NCBI GenBank assembly: GCA_016432405.1
Contig: CP066687.1
Coordinates: 586,629-650,628 of the forward strand
DNA length: 64,000 bases
DNA from: Candidatus Giovannonibacteria bacterium
GTDB lineage: Bacteria > Patescibacteriota > Minisyncoccia > UBA11713 > 2-01-FULL-45-33
Direction: 5' to 3'
The notes below the pieces were generated by a model. The model did no database searches. It was not told the origin of the DNA and worked only from the letters and a program-made list of their open reading frames with translations. Numbering within the stretch: the stretch's first letter is position 1; every line of letters starts with the position of its first letter. The translations under genes were made by a program, and so were the position numbers. Positions 57,016 to 64,000 of this stretch are shown here, in pieces.

Positions 57016-57057
57016 CATAAAAAAAGTATAACAAAAAAATAGCCGTTTCGGAAACGG

Positions 57058-57744
57058 CTAATGGACCCCGAGGCGGTTTTGTATCTCTTGCCGAAGAGTT
57101 GGGCGGATTTTGTACTCCGCCAAGATTATTTCCAAAAACTCCCTCTGCATTGCAGGCGCCACCCCTTGAGCCAAAATATACATAGCGATCCCTCCAACTT
57201 CTTCATCGTCAAAGCGAAACCCGCCAGCGCCCGGCTTGACCATGATGTAGCGCCTAGCGTGAGGGTAGTGCGCCACCAACCCCATGAGAATTTGCCGCCC
57301 CAGCGCTTGATAAACAGGGTCTGGTGCGCCACCGGTGCTTGCTACATTCATCATAAACCGCCGCCGGCAAAGGTCTTCTTTTTCCTGATTACGCTCCATC
57401 AACGCAGCGGCTTGGCAGAAAAATAGCTCCCGTCTGAACATGTGAATCTCCTGCTTCTCAACGTCGAGATACAGAATCGCCATCCTTAAAATGGCCTCCG
57501 CTTTCAGCGGCGAGTCGGGATATTTCTCCAAAAATGCGCTGAACCGACCCACCTGCGCCACGAGCATGGCGCGGTAATCCGGAACAAGGGTTCCATCCTT
57601 GATCCAAGGTATCGGCCCCGACGCCAACCCTTCAAACTCCGCAAAATCCGGCGGGCGCTCTTGGGCTTGCGCCAAAATCGAAGAACTGCCAGCCAACACT
57701 AAAAACACAAACAATCCAGCTATAAAACCGCTTAATTTGTTCAT
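57058..57744 (-). CDS. Orphan secreted protein with TPR-like segment
   Basis: Signal peptide, FLEKYPDSPLKAEA; SD GGGAGG; terminator 57039-57061. Confidence 0.65.
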   Translation of the reverse strand: MNKLSGFIAGLFVFLVLAGSSSILAQAQERPPDFAEFEGLASGPIPWIKDGTLVPDYRAMLVAQVGRFSAFLEKYPDSPLKAEAILRMAILYLDVEKQEIHMFRRELFFCQAAALMERNQEKEDLCRRRFMMNVASTGGAPDPVYQALGRQILMGLVAHYPHARRYIMVKPGAGGFRFDDEEVGGIAMYILAQGVAPAMQREFLEIILAEYKIRPTLRQEIQNRLGVH

Positions 57745-57771
57745 AGAGCTATCCTCCCTAAAGCCATGATA

Positions 57772-59349
57772 TCACATCTTCTCCGGCGCGGCAATCCCCA
57801 TCAAAGAGAGAGTGGTTTTGATAGTTTTTTGCGCCGCAGAAACCAAAAATAGCCGGGCTTGCGTTAATTCGGGGTTTTTAGAATCAACCACATGATGCTT
57901 TTCATAAAAATTTGTGAAAGTTTTCGCAAGCTCATAAGCGTAGCGCGGCAAGCGGTGGGCTTGGTAATCTTCCGCGGTGTCTTCAATGATTTCCGTAAGT
58001 TGCAGAATTTTCTTGATGAGAGTAAGTTCTTCGGGTTGGGTTAGCAGATTGAGATCCACTTTTTTTGATTGCCCCCCTTTTTTTAAAATACTGCAAGCCC
58101 TCGCATGCGCGTACTGCACGTAATAAACCGGATTTTTCTTGTTTCTTTCTTTAGCCAAATCCAAATCAAAATCCATATGCGTATCCGGGCTTCTCTCCAA
58201 AAAAAACCACCGCGCCGCGTCCACACCGACTTCTTTCAACAAATCGTCCAAAGTTACAAATTCTCCTGTTCTTTTAGACATCCGCACCTCCTTGCCGCCG
58301 CTCGTAAGCCGCACCAGCTGTAGCACCCTAATGTTAAGTCTTTCTGGATTAACACTTAACGCTTCAATTCCTTTTTTCATTCTTTCAACGTAACCATAAT
58401 GATCCGCCCCCCAAACGTTAATCGCCAGATCAAACTTTCTTTTTATGAATTTATCGTAGTGGTACGCCAAGTCCGCCAAAAAATAAGCATATTCCTGATT
58501 TGATTTAACGACTACGGCGTCCCCCAGCCATAACGCTCCTTCTCTTTCTTTTAATGCATTTTTTTTATTTAAAAATTCCAATGTTTTTTTAAGTTCTCCC
58601 TTTTTGCGCATATCCGCTTCCGAAAACCAGACATCAAATTCAATGCCGGCTTTTTTGAGAGATTTTTTGATTTCTCCTAGCAAAATTTTTGCCGCGGCTT
58701 CCGCCGTTTTGCCTTTTAGTTTCTTTATGTAATCGCCCTTGTAATATTCTTCTTTCGCCGGTCCGCCAGCCAGCACTTTGCCCGCCGCCGCTAAAATAGA
58801 CTCGCCCAAAATTCTTATCTGGTTCCCGGCATCGTTAATATAGTACTCTCGCGTAACTTTATGCCCCACTGCCTCCAAAACATTCGCCAGCGCGTCTCCG
58901 TAAAACCCGCCTCGCCCGTTGGCCATTGTTAATGGCCCGGTGGGATTTGCCGAAACGAATTCGATATTTATCTTTTTTATCTTGGTCGAAAAACTCTCGG
59001 ATAAAAATTTTAGGTGTGGGCGCGCGCCTGCCCGTCTTCGGGCAGGTAGGGATAAGAAATTTTTAGATGAGAGTTTTTTGACCAACGCCCCGCGCGAAAT
59101 AAAAAAATTCAAAAATCCCGGACCGGCGATATCTATTTTTTCAACCCACTTAGCAATCCGATTGCTAAGTAACTTATTTTTCAAATCCTCCGCGACATCG
59201 CGCGGGTTTTTCCCAAGCTCCTTTGCCAATACCAGCGCGATGTTGGACGAGTAATCTCCGTGCTCCGGGTTATCCGGCTTTTCAGCGCTAAAAACCGCTC
59301 CCGGCGGCGTAACGCTTTCTATCCCCTTCCGTATCTGCGAGCGCAACAT
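57772..59349 (-). CDS. argS: Arginyl-tRNA synthetase
   Basis: GDYSSN, EFVSANPTGP, GADHYGY, MSKR.G, YVQYAHAR, APEKM. Confidence 0.96.
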   Translation of the reverse strand: MLRSQIRKGIESVTPPGAVFSAEKPDNPEHGDYSSNIALVLAKELGKNPRDVAEDLKNKLLSNRIAKWVEKIDIAGPGFLNFFISRGALVKKLSSKNFLSLPARRRAGARPHLKFLSESFSTKIKKINIEFVSANPTGPLTMANGRGGFYGDALANVLEAVGHKVTREYYINDAGNQIRILGESILAAAGKVLAGGPAKEEYYKGDYIKKLKGKTAEAAAKILLGEIKKSLKKAGIEFDVWFSEADMRKKGELKKTLEFLNKKNALKEREGALWLGDAVVVKSNQEYAYFLADLAYHYDKFIKRKFDLAINVWGADHYGYVERMKKGIEALSVNPERLNIRVLQLVRLTSGGKEVRMSKRTGEFVTLDDLLKEVGVDAARWFFLERSPDTHMDFDLDLAKERNKKNPVYYVQYAHARACSILKKGGQSKKVDLNLLTQPEELTLIKKILQLTEIIEDTAEDYQAHRLPRYAYELAKTFTNFYEKHHVVDSKNPELTQARLFLVSAAQKTIKTTLSLMGIAAPEKM

Positions 59350-59448
59350 CGTCTTAACTCTACTCCAAAAAATAAGACAAAAAAAGGCCGCCGGGCGGTG
59401 TTTACAAATTCTAGATTTCTGCTATTGTAGATATAGGAGGATAAAATA

Positions 59449-59751
59449 ATGCGAATAACCAGATGGTTTGTGGAGCCGCTTGATTGCGGTTTCACCAACG
59501 AAGTAATCGCGCGCTATATTCCCAGCGAAAATCACAAACAAGTGGATGAAAAGCATTTATGGGAATGCCCGTACGCGTTTATAGAGCAGCTCAAAGCCAG
59601 CCGTTCCAGATGGGGAGTAAAATTCAAAATATTCAAGCAAGAGGGCGGCGGGAAGATGCGCAAGTTTGACGAGACGATCTTTTCAAAAAAAAGAAGACTC
59701 GCCCAAAAAATAAAGGTGGGGCTGGCCCGAAGCTGCCTAGACCGTTCATAA
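59449..59751 (+). CDS. Orphan protein
   Basis: SD AGGAGG, 100 aa. Confidence 0.6.
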   Translation: MRITRWFVEPLDCGFTNEVIARYIPSENHKQVDEKHLWECPYAFIEQLKASRSRWGVKFKIFKQEGGGKMRKFDETIFSKKRRLAQKIKVGLARSCLDRS

Positions 59752-59793
59752 GAACGGTTTTATTTTTTCTGCGTGTTCTGTCAAAATGGATTT

Positions 59794-60240
59794 ATGACAA
59801 CCTTGGCGGAAAACCGAAAAGCAAAGTTTGAGTTTGAAGTTCTGGAAACCTTTGAGGCGGGGCTGGAGCTTTTTGGGTATGAAGTAAAATCAGTCAAAGG
59901 GCGGAGGATTAGTTTGGAGGGTTCTTACGTTTTTCCGCGGCGGGGCGAGTTTTATCTGGTAGGCGCGACCATCGCGCCATATCAGCCCAAAAACACGCCC
60001 AAGGATTACGACCAGGCACGTGAACGGAAGCTCCTCCTGCACAAAAAAGAAATAAATTATTTGATAGGAAAGGCCGCCACCAAAGGTTTGACAATCCTCC
60101 CTCTTCGGGTATATACTAAGGGCGCGAGGATAAAGCTGGAAATGGCCATTGCGCGGCGGCTGAAGAAACATGACCGAAGGGAGCGCATTAAAGAAAGGGA
60201 AGCCAAAAGAAAAATAGACCGCGAGATAAAAGAAATTTAA
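59794..60240 (+). CDS. smpB: SsrA-binding protein
   Basis: ENRKA...EAGLEL.G.EVKS, RKLLLHKKEI; adjacent to tmRNA. Confidence 0.96.
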   Translation: MTTLAENRKAKFEFEVLETFEAGLELFGYEVKSVKGRRISLEGSYVFPRRGEFYLVGATIAPYQPKNTPKDYDQARERKLLLHKKEINYLIGKAATKGLTILPLRVYTKGARIKLEMAIARRLKKHDRRERIKEREAKRKIDREIKEI

Positions 60241-60251
60241 CATTTAAATAC

Positions 60252-60578
60252 GGGGATGACAGGCCTCGAGGAAGAGCGAAGCGCCAAGCGCTCAGGCAGA
60301 GTTTGCGAAAGCATCTCTTAAAACTGCTTTCGCGATCAATAAGTGCAAACTTATTTAACAAAGTCGTAAATGCGTTGAGACCAATGCAGCTTGCGACTTC
60401 CTACGCTTAACAAAGCATAGGCATCCGTCTCTGATTCTCGCTAGGAGGTCGCGGGTGTTATAAGCGGGACTCCCCCGCCGAGCGGGCGGGAAAAACAATC
60501 TTCGGCTGAAAAGCTGATAAGCCTGTAAACCGCCGGTTCCGACCTTTTCCGACCCGGGTTCAACTCCCGGCATCTCCA
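60252..60578 (+). ncRNA. ssrA: tmRNA; tag reading frame 60345-60410 ANLFNKVVNALRPMQLATSYA-stop
   Basis: GGGGATG...CATCTCCA acceptor with G-U pair, T-arm CCGGGTTCAACTCCCGG, follows smpB. Confidence 0.93.
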
Positions 60579-60609
60579 TTAAAAATAAAAAACATAGTAA
60601 TATAATCTT

Positions 60610-61116
60610 ATCCAAAGACTACGGCTCAACAAACAAATAACCGCGCGCGAGGTGCGGGTGATAGACCAAGAAGGGCAAAACCTGGGCGTTTTGCCGACGG
60701 AGGAGGCCATTCGGCGCGCGCACGAAGCAGGACTAGACCTTATTGAGATTTCCCCCACCGCACAACCTCCGGTAGCCAAAATAATGGACCGGGGGAAATA
60801 TTTTTACGAGCAGGAGAAAAAAAGGAGGCAGGCAGCGAAAAAACAGCGCGACGTTGAGATAAAAAACGTGAGAATCGGCATCGGCACCTCGCTTCACGAC
60901 CTTGAAATCCGCGCCAAACAGGCCGACGAATTTTTAAGAGGAGGCGATAAAATAAAAGTTGACCTCTTTTTGCGGGGGCGGGAAAAATATCTGGACAAAA
61001 AGTTTCTGGAAGGACGCATTGAGCGCTTTTTGGCCATAATCCCCAGCCGGTTTGACAAAGAGCCGGTAAAAAAGGGGCCGAGGGGGCTCTCCTTGACCAT
61101 CTCACCTAAGAAGTAG
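60610..61116 (+). CDS. infC: Translation initiation factor IF-3
   Basis: RLNKQITAREVRVID, LDLIEISP...PPVAKIMD; probable ATC start. Confidence 0.93.
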   Translation: MQRLRLNKQITAREVRVIDQEGQNLGVLPTEEAIRRAHEAGLDLIEISPTAQPPVAKIMDRGKYFYEQEKKRRQAAKKQRDVEIKNVRIGIGTSLHDLEIRAKQADEFLRGGDKIKVDLFLRGREKYLDKKFLEGRIERFLAIIPSRFDKEPVKKGPRGLSLTISPKK

Positions 61117-61211
61117 TAATATAATGCAAATCCACGAATGGTATCCGAATGCAACAAATAATTATTCGTAGTTTGTATTATTCGCATAAGATTTATAGAT
61201 TAGTATTATTT

Positions 61212-61400
61212 ATGGCGAAAACCAGAAAATCAATATTAAAAAGGATGCGCATGACCTCTTCCGGAAAAATTTTGCACGGCGGTTCCGGCATTAATCATTT
61301 TCAGGCAAAAAAAAGCCGCAGGAAACAACTTACCAAAAAGCGCTCCGCGCAACTTGATGTTATCCAAAAAAAGATGGTAAAGTCGTATTTATACCATTAA
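61212..61400 (+). CDS. rpmI: 50S ribosomal protein L35
   Basis: KTRKSILKRMRMTSSGK; between infC and rplT. Confidence 0.9.
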   Translation: MAKTRKSILKRMRMTSSGKILHGGSGINHFQAKKSRRKQLTKKRSAQLDVIQKKMVKSYLYH

Positions 61401-61490
61401 CGAATTTCCAATTCTCAATTTTCAATGAAAATTAAATAATTGATAATTGATTGAAAATTGCAAAATTGAAAATTAGAAATTAAACAAAAT

Positions 61491-61850
61491 ATGAGTAGAG
61501 TCAAGCGAGGAAAAATAGCCCTAAAACGCCGCAGAAAAATATTGCGGCAGACCAAGGGTTTTCGCTGGCAGAGAAAATCCAAAGAGCGCGCCGCCAAGGA
61601 AGCCCTCTTGCACGCGGGCGTTCACGCTTTTGGCGACCGCAGAAAAAAGAAAAGAAATTTCCGCGCGCTTTGGAATATCAAAATAAACGCCGCCGTCCGC
61701 CAGTTGGCGGATAAACCCAGTCTTTCTTACAGTAAATTTATATATCAACTCAAAAAATCCGGCATCGGGCTGAACAGAAAAATCCTCGCCGAACTCGCCG
61801 AAAAACATCCGGAGGTTTTTAAGAAAATTCTTACGGAAATCACCTTCTGA
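61491..61850 (+). CDS. rplT: 50S ribosomal protein L20
   Basis: MSRVKRG, DRRKKKRNFRALW, LNRKILAELA. Confidence 0.97.
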   Translation: MSRVKRGKIALKRRRKILRQTKGFRWQRKSKERAAKEALLHAGVHAFGDRRKKKRNFRALWNIKINAAVRQLADKPSLSYSKFIYQLKKSGIGLNRKILAELAEKHPEVFKKILTEITF

Positions 61851-62604
61851 AAAAGATTGAGATAAAAAAGAGGGCGCCGGAGACAAGGATGAACGCCGGG
61901 CCGGGAGGCAGGCCGTAAAAACGCGAGATTAAAATACCCAAAACCGCGCCTAAAACTCCTAAAATCGCGGAGAGCGTTATGTATTGGTTCATGCTGTGGG
62001 CGATATTGCGCGAAGTCGCGGCGGGAATAATGATAAGCGAGCCCATAAGCAAGGCGCCGACAAATTTAATTCCGACCGCGACAGTCAAAGCAAAAATCAA
62101 AAGAAACGAAAGCTCCAGAAGATGAGGCCGGAACCCGGCCGAGAGCGCGAGATCCGGGGAAATCAAAGAAAGCGTGAAGCGGCGGGCGAAAAACAAAAGC
62201 AGTGACATTATAATCACAGCGCCGGCCGCGGCCAGCCAAAAGTCCAATTGGCTTATTCGGGTAATGTCTCCGAATAAAGCGTCCAAAATCTCCTCCTCCG
62301 GAGTAATCAGCGCGCCGATAGCCAAAGCCAGAGTGAAAAACACGCCCACCAAAGTATCCACCGGCAGTTTGGTTTTGTGCTCAACCGCCCAAATGCCCAA
62401 AGTGCCTAAAACCAAAAACGTCCCCGCTCCTAAAAATAAATTAAAATTAAGTAAAATTCCAAGAGCTATCCCGGGAAGCGCCACGTGCGAGAGGGCGTCC
62501 CCCACCAATGCCATCCGGCGAAGGAGCGCGAAAGAACCAAGCATGCCCCCGGCGGCCGCGATCAAAGAACCTGCTACAAAAATTTGTAATTCAGGAGTGA
62601 GCAT
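61840..62604 (-). CDS. Zn/Mn ABC transporter permease (ZnuB-like)
   Basis: RRMALVGDALSHVALPG, LFGDI, VGALL. Confidence 0.9.
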   Translation of the reverse strand: MLTPELQIFVAGSLIAAAGGMLGSFALLRRMALVGDALSHVALPGIALGILLNFNLFLGAGTFLVLGTLGIWAVEHKTKLPVDTLVGVFFTLALAIGALITPEEEILDALFGDITRISQLDFWLAAAGAVIIMSLLLFFARRFTLSLISPDLALSAGFRPHLLELSFLLIFALTVAVGIKFVGALLMGSLIIIPAATSRNIAHSMNQYITLSAILGVLGAVLGILISRFYGLPPGPAFILVSGALFFISIFFRR

Positions 62605-63268
62605 GGTGGTAAAACTTTCTGTCTCCGCCGTATAATTTGGCAAGCTCCGCGGGCGTCAAAACTTCGCCAGGAACACCGAAGCATACTTGCTGGCGGTTTA
62701 AACAAAGCACTTTGTTGGCATAACGATACACCACGGTAAGATCGTGAGAAATCAAAATCAAAGCAAGATTATGCTCTTCTTGAAGCTTATGCAAAAGTTC
62801 ATACACCGTCCTTTGGCCAGCGACGTCAACGCTCGCAGTTGGCTCGTCAAATAAAAGCAAATCCGGGCGGCCAATAATCGCCCAGGCGATAAGGACTCTT
62901 TGAAGCTCTCCAGAGGACAGCTCCCCGATTCTTTTATTTAAAAAAGTTGGCGCCAAATCAACTGCTTTAAGCGCTTTTTCCGGCGCCGAGCGGCTTCTTA
63001 AAGCCAAAAATTCTTTGACGGTAATCGGTAAATCTCTTTCCAAATCAATTTTTTGCGGGACATATCCTATCCGCGTTTCCGGGCTTAAAATTACCTCGCC
63101 AGTGTAGCGCGAAGCACCAAGGATAGCGCGGAGTAAGGTCGTCTTGCCTGAGCCGTTTGGGCCGATGATCGCCAACGCGTCCCCGCGTTCCAAATCAAAA
63201 GAAATATCGTCCAAAACGGCTTGCTCTCCGTAGCGCACGCTTAAGTTTTTGATTTCCAAAATTGGCAT
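62591..63268 (-). CDS. Zn/Mn ABC transporter ATP-binding protein (ZnuC-like)
   Basis: GPNGSGKT, GYVPQ, LSSGELQR, DEPT, His-rich tail. Confidence 0.9.
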   Translation of the reverse strand: MPILEIKNLSVRYGEQAVLDDISFDLERGDALAIIGPNGSGKTTLLRAILGASRYTGEVILSPETRIGYVPQKIDLERDLPITVKEFLALRSRSAPEKALKAVDLAPTFLNKRIGELSSGELQRVLIAWAIIGRPDLLLFDEPTASVDVAGQRTVYELLHKLQEEHNLALILISHDLTVVYRYANKVLCLNRQQVCFGVPGEVLTPAELAKLYGGDRKFYHHAHS

Positions 63269-63273
63269 TTACT

Positions 63274-64000
63274 TTACTTTAACATTTTCAGCATCTTCTC
63301 CAAAGGCCAAGCGTTGATGATGTCCTTTTTTTCAGCCCAGCCGCGGCGGGCTTGGGAGATTCCGATTTCAAGAAATTTGAAATGCGAGGCGGAGTGCGCG
63401 TCTGAATCAATGGACATTTTCACTCCGGCCTCAACGCATTTTCTTATGTACTCGTCTTTGATATCCAAGCGGTCAGGATAAGCGTCAATCTCCAAAACAG
63501 TCCCGGTGCGTTTGGCGGCTTTTATGATTTCATCAACATCAATATCTATCGGCTCGCGCCGGTTGATTACCCGGCCGGTTAAATGAAAAATAATATCAAC
63601 GTTGGGATTTTCCATCGCCTTAATCACGCGGCGCGTCTCTTCGCCGCGCGAAAGCTTAAAATGGCTGTGCACAGCCGCCCCCACAACGTCCAGCTTGGCC
63701 AAAACTTTATCTTCAATATCCAGAGAGCCGTTCTTACCGATATTTACTTCAGCGCCTTTTAAAATTTTAAAATTCTTAAATTGTTTATTTAGCTTATCAA
63801 TTTCCGCCATCTGCTTCAGCAATTTTTTTTCATCCGCGCCGCCGGTCATGACCAAAGATTTTGTGTGGTCGGTAATTACGATATATTCCAAACCCGCGTC
63901 GGACGCGGCTTTTGCCATTGTTTCAATAGAGTCCTTGCCGTCGGTCCAGTTCGTCTGCGTCTGCAAATCTCCTTTTAGTTCACCGTAGCCGATTAGCTTA
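63274..64000 (-). CDS. PHP domain, probably C-terminus of a PolX-PHP protein; 5' end outside the window
   Basis: Frame open to window edge; ITDH, GAEV, AVHS.F, DSDAH, ARRGW. Confidence 0.85.
   Translation of the reverse strand, partial: KLIGYGELKGDLQTQTNWTDGKDSIETMAKAASDAGLEYIVITDHTKSLVMTGGADEKKLLKQMAEIDKLNKQFKNFKILKGAEVNIGKNGSLDIEDKVLAKLDVVGAAVHSHFKLSRGEETRRVIKAMENPNVDIIFHLTGRVINRREPIDIDVDEIIKAAKRTGTVLEIDAYPDRLDIKDEYIRKCVEAGVKMSIDSDAHSASHFKFLEIGISQARRGWAEKKDIINAWPLEKMLKMLK

Noticed and set aside
337-63988. Long antisense or overlapping ORFs in the track (e.g. 10002-10778, 25969-26655, 27219-27974, 35734-36402, 52839-53192)
   Set aside because: Shadows of well-supported genes on the other strand; no motifs or RBS
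1-64000. CRISPR array or cas genes
   Set aside because: No regularly spaced repeats with unique spacers; the 29-bp repeat at 47318/47671 has two copies and terminator form

Overview
64 kb of chromosome from a small-genome bacterium, most likely Patescibacteria/CPR (Parcubacteria-like). This placement is inferred from gene content and organisation; genetic code 11 applies. Core content: a type IV pilus/competence cluster (pilins, pilD, pilC, pilT, pilB, pilMNOP, comF), dprA, topA, recG, recO, ftsH, rel, parB, folD, glyA, five aminoacyl-tRNA synthetases (LeuRS carries a NUDIX insert, IleRS a histidine-phosphatase insert), smpB-tmRNA-infC-rpmI-rplT, a Zn/Mn ABC pair and four tRNAs, including the rare Ile(UAU) and Arg(GCG). 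Three things stand out. (1) A repeat-bounded three-gene island next to tRNA-Ile encodes a 931-aa GHKL ATPase fused to a sigma70 region-4 HTH and a DnaA domain-IV HTH, with a perfect DnaA box beside its own promoter. (2) Small accessory cassettes sit repeatedly between an intact core gene end and a diverged second copy of that same end (comF, folD, glyQS, ileS), and no integrase is visible. The orphan cargo uses -35/-10 promoters and SD sites, whereas core genes look leaderless. (3) Many short palindromes and heptamer repeats are inserted in frame in housekeeping genes, and a GIY-YIG gene is enclosed by an inverted repeat that covers the ileS start codon. All calls were made by eye from the sequence and the ORF track; no searches were run.
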